A DNA stretch of 64,000 bases. It comes from Sphyrna mokarran. Lineage: Eukaryota. Below, piece by piece: positions 14,071 through 25,146 of the stretch; position 1 is the first letter of the stretch; every line of letters begins with the position of its first letter. Both the position numbers and the translations under genes were made by a program. The notes under the pieces are model-generated. The model searched no databases, was not told the DNA's origin, and saw nothing but the letters and a program-made list of their open reading frames with translations. The DNA is taken from assembly GCA_024679065.1 (NCBI GenBank), contig JAGIQG010000009.1, forward strand, positions 58,466,001 through 58,530,000, in the 5' to 3' direction.

Positions 14071-16707
14071 CCTTATACAAATCATTTGTTACACATACCT
14101 CATTGTGTTTTTACTGGGATCAGGCACTGATGGCCAGCAAAATGTATTGCTGTTTTATAACTTTGTCTGATATTATAGGTTTATTAAGTACTAAGCTTGT
14201 TACAAGAAGGCAACATTCTGATGGTTCATGCTGGATCCTAATGCTAAGACCAAGAATAACTTTCTCCACAGAAAAGATTTTATTATCTGTATAGTAGATA
14301 TTCACAACATCCTTCTCTAAATTGTATCATGTCAAGGGCTGATATGAATTTGTTAACTGTTATTGTAAAGCATTTTGCCTCACAATGTTCATGGAACTGC
14401 CTGACTGGTAATAACTAATTTGCAGAGTTGGGCAGAAAGAAACAGAGGGCTGAAAAGTGGAGGAAATGTGCAAAAAAAACCTGGAAAGACACTGGCCAAA
14501 TTTGATTCATCTAATAAACTAACAGCCAACTCAAGGAGACTTTCAATACATCATTGAATAAATTCAGACCTCACCCCTCAGTCCACACTGGATTCAAACC
14601 CAAGTCCCAGAGGCTCAAAGGCAGTGCCTAAAACACTCCACTGCCCAGAGCTACATTTCCATAATTTTGTAACAAGAATGCCATTGTGTTGTTTTATTAT
14701 AAGGTTATATTTTGTTGTGACAACTTACTAACTCCTGACTAGATATATTGGCATTTTACTACAAAAGGAATTCCATATTCTTGTCCCATTCCAATTTTCT
14801 CTCTCCCGTTCCCTTCTGTCCTGAAGGCTGTGAATTATGCCGGATTAAAGTTCCACATTTGCTATCTGCCATTCTCCATCTTGTCCAAGAAGCCATTCTT
14901 CATGTGTCAATCACTATCAGCTCACGGGCAATTAGTGGTGGACAATAAATGTTGGCATTAGCAGTAATGCCAAGATCTCAAAAATCAATTAACAAAATAT
15001 TCTGCCCCTTTGGAATTAGCTAACTCAGGACAAACTGAATGTGGAACTCTCTAGTATATAAGGATCACTACCTCTCTGCTGATCCACTGAGCCACGAGGG
15101 AACTCAATTATCAGTTGTATTCACTGTGTGAATTATACATAACTTTCTTTTCTTTTTCTTGCAACTTTTCCTGGCAATTCAGATATTAAGAGTGCACAAA
15201 TCACAAGTATAGATATATTATTTCTCAGCAAATTCATAAGGAAAATTATAGGAGAATAAACAAAAACTTTGCCATAAATCCTACTTTGAGTGTATTGTAT
15301 TTGCGAAACAATAAAACAAAAGACATGTGTGCTCTCTGACCTGGTTATTTTACAAAAATTCAATGCTCTAAGTATCATCTTATTCTGTTTTTTTTAAAAA
15401 ACAAGATCATCTGGCATGTTCAGAATCATCTGTATGCATCAGAGCCAGTTTAATTTCAATTTACAACTGACCTTTGCAATCTAATTAGATGTATACAAAA
15501 CTTTTCCATGACACAATATAGAAAGTTGAGCATTACAAGATTACTTTAGCTAATCATTTCTTAACTACAGACCAATTCAGAGCAGATACAAGGAAAATTA
15601 CAAACAGACATTTGAATTCCCATTTCGAGTTTGTACATAAAGGTTATTTTAAAGTATTAGTCAAATCCAACTCAGTGGTAGAATAAGAATTCTTAAAATA
15701 CAAATGTGCTCAATTAGAGATCATATCATAATTTTATCTAAATTAGTGTCTTCTCCAAAGATTTTCTGCCATTTGCATTTTTGTTAGTCTGTAATTTTTT
15801 TAATGCTTGATGGTTTGGGATAACAATTTTAACATTATTTATCCTTACTGTAATCTGCATTCCATTGCAAAATTAGACATTCTAATTCACCACCACCACA
15901 GCAGCTTTCTCTCGCTAATCCAAAGCAGTGTTGTGCATGAAGGACTATTGACAAGAATGCTAACCCCATTGCAGCACAGAATAATGGGTTCTGGATCCCA
16001 TGCACTGAACTTTCAAGTGAACAGCAGCTGGGAACATCCCATGGTATTCGTGAGGCGTATCTGAGTCCTAGCAAACCTATTATATTGTTCTGAATGGCTG
16101 CTTTTCATTCCTTCATGTTAGAGCCTCACATAAATTATGTCATGATTTTCTCAAATTCTATTTATAACAATACATCTCATCAATGGAGCTTCCAGCTTTC
16201 CATTAATATTTATTGACCTGAAATGTAGAAGGCTAAACCACATTGAAAAAAAAAGACAGCATTAAAAACGGAATTAAAAGAGAGAGTTCTAATTGTCATG
16301 TCACAAATGTGATTACAAATTTCTAATTTCGAATGTTTGAGTAAACTCAAGGCTCTTTAACTGGTTCAGTGGGTAAATACATTGTGGGTCTTGGCACTGA
16401 GATCAGTACAGGGTTGTTTCTGATTCTTATGGTGTTATTTGAACTTAGTCAAGAAGGCCATGGATTGTTACAGATGGCGTCAGTGCTGATGGGGGCTGTG
16501 ACTGGGATGTGAGAATGTAGCCAGGACATCCACTCCTGATCTTTGTCTAATGATTGCATTTGAGATGTGGAGGTTTCCAAATCTAGGCTCATGTTGAGCA
16601 AGGTATTGGAAGACAGCTAGCATCATGACACTGCATCCCCAAATCTTTGGGAAACTATGGGGAGAACTTTCAACAGAACTGTTATCTCTGGCTTTGGTTA
16701 ACATGGG

Positions 16708-17520
16708 AAATGATTTTCTGGCCTCACTGCACCTCGTGCAGATCACCTCAATCTCGGAAGACTGAATGCTGGCCTAAAAATGGGTGTTGAGCAAAGCTCC
16801 ATATGGTTTGCAATCATCTTGTCCCTTGTTACCAGCAAAAACCAGATCTCATCCTGAAAGGGCATGAGCTAGATTAACAAATTTAAAGTAGTATTAAAAT
16901 ATGTTTCAATAGCCTGTTCAATGTCAGAATTCCAAGAATCTTCCGCCTTCAGACATGGTGCAAACCCAGTGAGAATCACTACTGGTCTACATTAGTGGGG
17001 GGTGATCTCAGAGGCCATTGGATCCCCTGGGTGGGCAGTACCCATGTGGCAGTGCCACCTGTCACATTAGCAATGGTCACCCAGCACACTAATGCCAGTT
17101 AGGCACTACCAGGTGAGCATTGCCAGTGTGCCAGGGCAGTGCCAATGGGGTGGGGCCTTAGTGGAGATCATGCAGGGGTGCTCATTGTGATGCCACGAAG
17201 CCCCAATGACTCTTTATGGGGTGGGGATGAGAGAACAGGTTACTGATGAGAAGAAGGGTCCTGATGTCCGTGGGGGTCTTCCAGTGCACTGAAAGATCAG
17301 GGGCGCCCTCTCAAGACAGCGCGCGATTGCTTTACAGCTCAGATCACTGGCATGTTTAGGCCTAGTCCCTCCCAGAACTGGCATGCAACTCACCACTGTT
17401 CCAAAAAATGACTGAGTGTGGAACAATTGCAGTCCAGTCTGTGCCGGACAGACTGGCGAGGAGTACTCCAGTTTTTTGCTATTGTGACATACAGTCATTT
17501 TTTTTTTCTGAAAATTCCAA
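16708..17520. mobile_element. Non-autonomous Harbinger-like DNA element with a GGCANTGCC motif cluster
   Basis: GC-rich island with TIR-like ends (gattttctggcc ... gaaaattcc) and repeated ggcagtgcc/gcattgcc motifs at 17030-17150. Boundaries approximate. Confidence 0.45.
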
Positions 17521-17859
17521 ACATGAGCTCTCGTTCAAATTGCCTGCTTCCAAATTAAAAATTATTCTGCACACCTTTTTCTAAGATCTTGGTGTGTAAC
17601 CTGACTATCCAGGCACATATGGCAATTTAATCATCAGCTCCACTAAAGGTAGATACATCTTTTAAAAACTGAAGAAAAGAAAATAAACATCAGGAGTTTA
17701 TCTGAAACCTATACTTTTACAAAGCATCAAATGGTTGGGAGCATAAATATATTTGTAATTAGGTGCAGAGTGAGGACAGGACTACTCGTGCCCCCAGTAA
17801 TCACCCATCTCAGTGGTGATAACATGTTGCCAGCAGGTTCAAACAGGCTAAGGGTCTGA

Positions 17860-18050
17860 TGGTAGGATTTCTTCCCCCTCCACGATGTGTTTCACGGCAG
17901 TGGGAAGCAATGCATCAGTCGCTGACGGCAGGATCTTATGGTCTTGCCATTGTCAAAGAGATTGAATGCACCCTTCGTTGCAAGAAAACCCACAGTGAGG
18001 GATGGGGGGGAGACACTTTCAGCAGGACCATAAGATCACCCTGATTTTGG
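17860..18050. mobile_element. MITE family A copy (rearranged)
   Basis: ggtaggattttc...ggcaggatcttatggtcttgccattgtcaa...ggaccataagatc. Confidence 0.5.
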
Positions 18051-18084
18051 CGTGAGAATCACACTTCCAATCAGTTTGGCTGGC

Positions 18085-18296
18085 ACGTCTAACAGTCCCA
18101 GGAACACCGGAGCTCAGTGGTAAAAGCTGCATGTTCTCGCTATGCCTGCGTGAGTTTCCTCTGGGTGCTCCAGTTTCTTCCTACAATCCGAAGGACATAG
18201 CGAGAACATGCACACGCCACACAGACAGTGACCCAAGCCAGAAATTGAACCCAGGTCCCTGGCACTGAGGTAGCAGAGCTAATCATTCTGCCACTG
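18085..18296 (-). mobile_element. HE1/V-SINE 5' part with an internal inversion
   Basis: The tRNA head is on the minus strand (gtgacccaagccagaaattgaacccaggtccctggcactg) while the V-domain piece gcgtgagtttcctctgggtgctccagtttc is on the plus strand. Confidence 0.7.
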
Positions 18297-18489
18297 TATC
18301 AATACAAGAAGCTGCTTTAAAATAATTATTCTTTTTAAATTGCAAGCAAAATACAGAGAGTTTTCAGGGACTGCACAGTACCTTTATGTTCAGTGTGGGG
18401 CATCACAAAACCAAGGACATTTGGGGCAAATAATGCAGATTTACATGACAATGGTTTCAGGCCTCTTTCAAACAGGTGATACAGTTTTT

Positions 18490-18768
18490 GGATGAAATCC
18501 GTTACAGCAGATAGTGGAATTTGAATTCCATCTTTAAAAATCTGGAATTAAGAAACTACTGAAGACCATGAAACCATTGTTGAAAAACCCCATCTGGTTC
18601 ACTATTGTCCCTTAGGGAAGGAAATCTGCCGTCCTTACTTGGTCTGGCCTAGATGTGACTTCAGAGCCATAGCAATGTTGTTGACTCTCAACTGCCCTCA
18701 AGTGATCGGGGATGGGCAATAAATGCTGGCTAACAACTGACACCTCTGTCTCACAAATGAATAAAAAA
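18490..18768 (+). mobile_element. SINE with a LINE-derived gggcaataaatgctggc tail
   Basis: gaatttgaattc...tctggaatt...catctggttcact...agggaaggaaatctgccgtcctt...gatgggcaataaatgctggc...gaataaaaaa. The tail is shared with the LINE at 55935-56405. Confidence 0.7.
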
Positions 18769-20127
18769 GCCAGAAGATAACTGCTCTGAAAATCCCCCAA
18801 CATTTGTCTGGGGCTGTAAATCTGCCCAGCTGGATATCTCAAAGTTGGTGCTCCTTCTTCTGATGTTGTCTCATAGCCTTGGCAACAGGAGAGTCACCTG
18901 CTCATCTTCCACTTCACCCTTCTTTAGGTGGCTCAGGCAAATGGAGATTCGCACCTGAAGCATACCTTGAGATTGTTCTGACATCCACCCACCTATCACC
19001 TTTTTCCAATAACACTCACCAAAAAATATTTAGCTTTGCAAATATTATTCTGTAAGCTTATTAATTTATTAATTGATACTTCACCTAATGCCCATGCATT
19101 AAGGTCTCTTTTTCTCCATCTAAGTGTTTTTTATGTATTCTCCAGATCAGATCTTTGAGGTACTGTGTATGTCCTGATGAAAGCATAAGAATTATTGAGG
19201 GCGATCCTGCAGCCATCCACAGGAATGGCGGTGGGGGCTCACGATTCAGCAAAACATTGGAAGTTGCAAACCTTGCAAGCGAAATTACAATTCCCAACCT
19301 TCGCTGCCCCACACCAGTGACGTAATTAGGTTCATGCCCAGAACAGATCTCTTCAGAATCTGTACACTTCTTTCTGCAACAGCATTTGATGCTGGGTGAT
19401 ATGGTGTTATAATATGAGTATGCGTTTGATTCCATTCTTACTCAGAAATATTTCAAACTTCCCTGAAGTAAACCTGTGGACCATTATCTGACACCAACAT
19501 CTCTGGCAATCCCTTAAATTGCAAACCAACTTTATTAAACCTAAATTATTTTGGCATTCTTGTATTGGGCAGAGACTCAACATTAATCCACTTGCTATGG
19601 CTATTAAACAAAACTCATTGTACTCTTTCCACTTCAAAGAAATCGACATGCAACCATCTCCATGGTTTTGTTGTGTTTGATCAAGGAATGTAAGGAATCC
19701 TGGTTGTATCATTTCTCATTATGAGACATATTTCACAACTTTTGACCAACTCTTCAATATCTCTGTTTATCTTTGCATTCTTTTTGCTACTGCTTTCATG
19801 TGGATAATCCCTGTATGCTGTTATTAAACTCCTTTAACAATCTTTCTCTCCAAACTTTGGTAGAAGAATGATCCCTAATAAACCCCATAGGAAATAGCTT
19901 TGATCTATGTTCAGTTCAATTCTACATATGAAATCTCCTGTAATTTCTCATCATCACACTCTTTAGGCTAGTCATCATGACATAACTGAGCCCTTTACTG
20001 AGTATCACATCCTTGCCAGTTTCTTTTTTAACATTACTATGCCATTTGTGAATGTAAAGTAATTCACAGGTAACTGGCTAAAATGAATCAGTCTTTACAG
20101 GAAACTCTAAGTGTGTCTGTATTTGCA

Positions 20128-20603
20128 TGAGCATTTCAGCGGTCATGGGCATTCAGCCTCTGACCTTCAGGTAAGCGTTCTCCAAGGCGGCCTTCACAAC
20201 ACACAATAGCGCAGAGTCGCTGAACAGAGACTGATAGCCAAGTTCCGCACACGAGGACGGTCTCAACCGGGATCTTGGGCTCATGTTGCACTATTTGTAA
20301 CCCTCAAGACTTGCCTAGGTTTGCAAAACCTCACTTACTGTACTGTCTGGAGACAATACACACCTTAAGCTATGCCTGATGCTCTTTTCACTCACATTGT
20401 CTGTATCTTTTAAGACTTGAATAGGAGGTTAGTTGTAAACACTCGCATTCTAATCAGTAATCTGTAAACTGTGTGTGCTGTTACATGCTCTGTCTGAGGC
20501 CAGGACTTTCCACTCACCTGACGAAGAGGCAAACCCCGAAAGCTTGTGAATTTACTATCAAATAAATTGGTTGGACTTTAACCTGGTGTTGTCAGACTTC
20601 TTA
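20128..20603 (+). mobile_element. Penelope-like element (young family): GIY-YIG C-terminus plus pLTR
   Basis: EHFSGHGHSASDLQVSVLQGGLHNTQ*RRVAEQRLIAKFRT/EDGLNRDLG, then pLTR aaataaa..gttggactttaacctggtgttgtcagacttcttac. Probable 11-bp TSD ctgtatttgca/ctgtgtttgca. Confidence 0.85.
20512..20550 (+). ncRNA. Minimal (type I) hammerhead ribozyme motif in a Penelope pLTR
   Basis: tcac-CTGACGA-a-gagg caaa cccc-GAAA-gctt-gtga. Catalytic core intact, helix I tcac/gtga, palindromic aagctt helix III, one A-C mismatch in helix II. Confidence 0.7.
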
Positions 20604-21506
20604 CTGTGTTTGCACAGGCCATCAGGTCTCTGAGTTGATTATTGTTCACACAGGGGAATCGCACACTTCATGCTGGAATTATACTATCAATGGCAGATTT
20701 ACTGTGAAACTGACCGTGTGCCGTGCCATGGACCCCCAACCAACCAAAACTGAGTTCAATTTTGGCTATTTCACAGTCTGTGGCACAGCACAGTTAGCTT
20801 CACAATAAATCCAAACCACTTGGATCGGAAAGATGACACACTGCCTGCAGGCACTAACAAAAAAAATCATTGCCTCAGAAACACTTTTAGCCTGGCCATC
20901 CAAAAGATTATACAAATTGTATAAACTAGTGTCAAAACTTGAGTGATTCATTCCTGGATTCTCAACTAGTGTAAAGCCTTGTCGCTTAAACTTTGAAACA
21001 AAAGTACCGTCATCGATCTCCTTGAAGGTGAAGACTTCTGTGTCAAAAGCAATTCTTTCAAATCCCATAAACTGTCCCAGCTGAATGATTTGTGTGAAAT
21101 TCATTGACATTTAATTCAATCCTTTTTCTTTGACTTTTCTGAGAAGTTGATCTTGCTATCAGTATCCACCTGTCCTTCATCAATGATACTATGACTGAAA
21201 TGAATCTGAGTGCAAAACAGAGGTATTCCCTGAGTGACTGATTGAATGCAAGCTTTCTTGTCTATTTTATTTCAAAGCATTTTTATTGGACAAAGAGCAC
21301 GGTGAGCGAACTCAAATTAGATATATCAGCAGGAGTTGACCAAACAATCTTCAAATGGAAACACTGTCTGAGAAGAGTGTCACTTTTTTAACATGATTTA
21401 ACTCTGGAAATAGAACATTGCTGTGGGCACCAGGTACTCGGTGTCTAAAATAATTTATTTTAATATAACAGCAATTTGTACTCTAAAGACAAGCATGCTT
21501 GTATTG

Positions 21507-21680
21507 AAACAAAAACAGAAAATGCTGGAAAATCTCAGCATATCTGACAGCATCTGTGGAGAGAAAATAGAACCAACATTTCAAGTCTGGATTACCCTTC
21601 GTCAAAGTTCTGACACCTGAAATTTTCCAGCATTTTTTGTTTTTGGTTTGGATTCCAGCATCCACAGAATTTTATCTTTA
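21507..21680. mobile_element. Penelope pLTR fold-back (older family)
   Basis: aaaaacagaaaatgctggaaaatctcag ... ctgaaattttccagcattttttgttttt form ~30-bp inverted arms. Degenerate hammerhead core on the minus strand (ttgacgaagggt...tgaaatgtt). Confidence 0.75.
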
Positions 21681-21810
21681 TCTTAGTGTTTGTATTCAGT
21701 TCATTTAATAAATGTGAATGGCAAAAGATCCAGTTCAAATACCCAATCTTTTGTTTTCTTGGCTTTATTAAAACTTTGAAGAGTGGCACCTGAGATGTGC
21801 TGCTGTGGGC

Positions 21811-23730
21811 CATGCGGGATCACACTGCCAATCCATGCGGGATCACACTGCCAATCCATGTGGGAGCACACTGCCAATCCACGTGGGAGCACACTGCCAA
21901 TCCATACTGGGATCACACTGCCAATCCATACCGGGATCACACTGCCAATCCATACTGGGATCACACTCCCAGTCCATACGGGGATCACACCCAATCCATA
22001 CAGGGATCACACTGCCAATCCATACTGGGATCACATTGCCAATTCATACAGGGATCACATGCCAATCCATACCGGGATCACACTGCCAATCCATACTGGG
22101 ATCACACTGCCAATCCATACCGGGATCACACTGCCAATCCATACCGGGATCACACTGCCAATCCATACCGGGATCACTGCCATCCTACCGGGATCACACT
22201 GCCAATCCATACCGGGATCACATTGCCAATCCATACTGGGATCACATTGCCAATCCATACGGGGATCACACTGCCAATCCATAGCAGGATCACACTGCCA
22301 ATCCATATCGGGATCACACTGCCAATCCATGTAGGAATCACACTGCCAATCCATACTGGGATCACACTGCCAATCCATATCGGGATCACACTGCCAATCC
22401 ATACCGGGATCACACTGCCAATCCATACTGGGATTACACTGCCAATCCATACCGGGATCACACTGCCAATCCATACCGGGATCACACTGCCAATCCATAC
22501 CGGGATCACATTGCCAATCCATACTGGGATCACATTGCCAATCCATACTGGAATCACACTGCCAATCCATATCGGGATCACACTGCCAATCCATACCGGG
22601 ATCACACTGCCAATCCTACTGGGATTACACTGCCAATCCATACCGGGATCACACTGCCAATCCATACCGGGATCACACTGCAATCCATACCGGGATCACA
22701 TGCCAATCCATACTGGGATCACACTGCCAATCCATACTGGGATCACACTGCCAATCCATACGGGGATCACACTGCCAATCCATAGCGGGATCACACTGCC
22801 AATCCATATCGGGATCACACTGCCAATCCATGTAGGGATCACACTGCCAATCCATACTGGGATCACACTGCCAATCCATATCGGGATCACACTGCCAATC
22901 CATACCGGGATCACACTGCCAATCCATACTGGGATCACACTGCCAATCCATACCGGGATCACACTGCCAATCCATACCGGGATCACACTGCCAATCCATA
23001 CCGGGATCACATTGCCAATCCATACTGGGATCACATTGCCAATCCATACCGGGATCACACTGCCAATCCATATCGGGATCACACTGCCAATCCATACCGG
23101 GATCACACTGCCAATCCATACTGGGATCACACTGCCAATCCATACCGGGATCACACTGCCAATCCATACCGGGATCACACTGCCAATCCATACTGGGATT
23201 ACACTGCCAATCCATACCGGGATCACACTGCCAATCCATACCGGGATCACACTGCCAATCCATACCGGGATCACATTGCCAATCCATACTGGGATCACAT
23301 TGCCAATCCATACTGGGATCACACTGCCAATCCATATCGGGATCACACTGCCAATCCATACCGGGATCACACTGCCAATCCATACTGGGATCACACTGCC
23401 AATCCATACCGGGATCACACTGCCAATCCATACCGGGATCACACTGCCAATCCATACTGGGATTACACTGCCAATCCATACCGGGATCACACTGCCAATC
23501 CATACCGGGATCACACTGCCAATCCATACCGGGATCACATTGCCAATCCATACTGGGATCACATTGCCAATCCATACCGGGATCACACTGCCAATCCATA
23601 CCGGGATCACACTGCCAATCCATACCGGGATCACACTGCCAATCCATACTGGGATCACATTGCCAATCCATACCAGGATCACATTGCCAATCCATACTGG
23701 GATCACATTGCCAATCCATACTGGGATCAC
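21811..23730. repeat. 24-bp minisatellite, ~80 units, consensus CATACCGGGATCACACTGCCAATC
   Basis: Directly visible tandem array. The 5' part is divergent with indels and the 3' ~1 kb has no indels. Confidence 0.98.
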
Positions 23731-23898
23731 GCTGCTAGAGTTCCCACAGTTTAAACAACATCAATTCTGGATACTTTAGTGCAGGAAGACCATTATGTTC
23801 CATGTCAGCATATGTAGGAAGTTGCGCTTCTTGCTATTGATTTTGTGGTGATTATCTGTTTTGCACCTTCCTAATAAATTGTTTTGTGTTGAGGTGGT

Positions 23899-24790
23899 AT
23901 GGTGAAGAAAGACAATCAAGTGCAAAAATCAAAAAATGTCAAGGAGGAAGTAGCTAAAAAGAGAAAAATCGCAGATAAGGGCAGAATGGTAAAAGAGAGT
24001 TGGGAGCGAGAGTATTTTGTTACTGAACAGAAAGGGAGACCATTGTGCTTAATTTGCAATGAAGCGACAGTAGTTCCAAACGAATACAATGTTAGGAATA
24101 TTATGAAACACACCATTCCTCGCACATAAACTTTCCAGTAGGCTTTTCCCAACAGCTTTCAAATCTGAAGGAAGCCATGAAATCACAAAGACAGCTCTTT
24201 AGACAAGAATGACTTAGTGACTTTGGTTAGCTTTCGTATTCCTTGGTTACTTGTAAAAAATGAAAAGCCTTTCTCAGATGGCAAATTAGTGAAAGAATGC
24301 AGTATTGAATCTACAGGTGTTTTATTTGCTGGTAATAATTCAACCAAAGCCAGTTTTCCCAACACCATTCATACTTTGTGAACCAAAAGGAAGAGCTGCA
24401 CTCATGGCTACACCCAGTCCGTACCCAGGACCTATAACCATAGCCTGGGTTGAAGCTATAAGTTTTTAAGCCCCCACTCACTTTTCATTGGGTGAACTTC
24501 TTCTTGATCATTAAGCAAGTTCATATTCCACAAGACGCACAGGTTGACAATTCCCTATGTCCTTCATGGTCATCATAACAGCTGGGTTTAAAAACCAAGA
24601 GGAAATTATCAAACATGTTAAATATCGGCATCTCAGCAGATGTACTGTGAATTGCAGAATGCAAGAAGTCGCTACCAATCTAGCAGCTTTTCAGATCGAT
24701 GTACAAGTGAGACTATCAGTGTAGCACTGGATGAATGCAAAGATCTTAGTGACACTGCTCAGCTCTACACATGAGTCCGTTGTGTTAGTC
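23899..24790 (+). pseudogene. Decayed hAT transposase (Charlie/Buster/SPIN, GTF2IRD2/ZBED8-like), N-terminal half
   Basis: KKRKI..GRMVKESWEREYFVTEQKGRPLCLIC (Zn finger), SFRIPWLLVKNEKPFSDGKLVKEC, HLSRCTVNCRMQEVATNL and ISVALDECKDLSDTAQL (first catalytic D). Contains stops and frameshifts. Confidence 0.85.
24333..24580 (-). mobile_element. Solo-LTR-like insertion in the hAT transposase
   Basis: Flanked by a GCTGG direct repeat (24328-24332 and 24581-24585) and ends in cataaca. Removing it restores the frame LFAG|FKNQEEII. Confidence 0.6.
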
Positions 24791-25146
24791 AGAAGGAGAT
24801 GGTGGGATGGGAGTGGCATAGCAGCATTTACTAGTTTGGTAGAAAACTGACTTAAGTTTAGTGCAATTAATTTCACATTTGTCTGACCTTCCTTCCACCC
24901 ACTCAATAGCTCTGTCAAGCTTTAATGTGAAAGGGGGAAGATATGGCTGGTTCTAGCTTTGGATGTTGGCAGTGCTGGAGGAATGTGTTGTGGGCAGCCA
25001 AAAAGAAGGGTCCGATCACAGGTTGCAGGAATGCAATTGGCTGCTTGATTGGCTTTGCTTAAGAAACCTTTTATATACTAAAATAGATGGTGGGCAGAAT
25101 GGGATTGTGTTGCTATGTCAATAATAAGGACAAATGTGACACATAG

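Noticed and set aside
20766-21205. 114-aa minus-strand ORF and a nearby acceptor
   Set aside because: No recognisable domain, no consistent donor, and a length compatible with chance.
21811-23730. CRISPR array
   Set aside because: Units are directly contiguous with no unique spacers, there are no cas genes, and the context is vertebrate.
22055-23730. Long minus-strand ORFs (MDWQCDPG)n and (WIGSVIPV)n as genes
   Set aside because: They follow automatically from a stop-free 24-bp unit, with no independent support.
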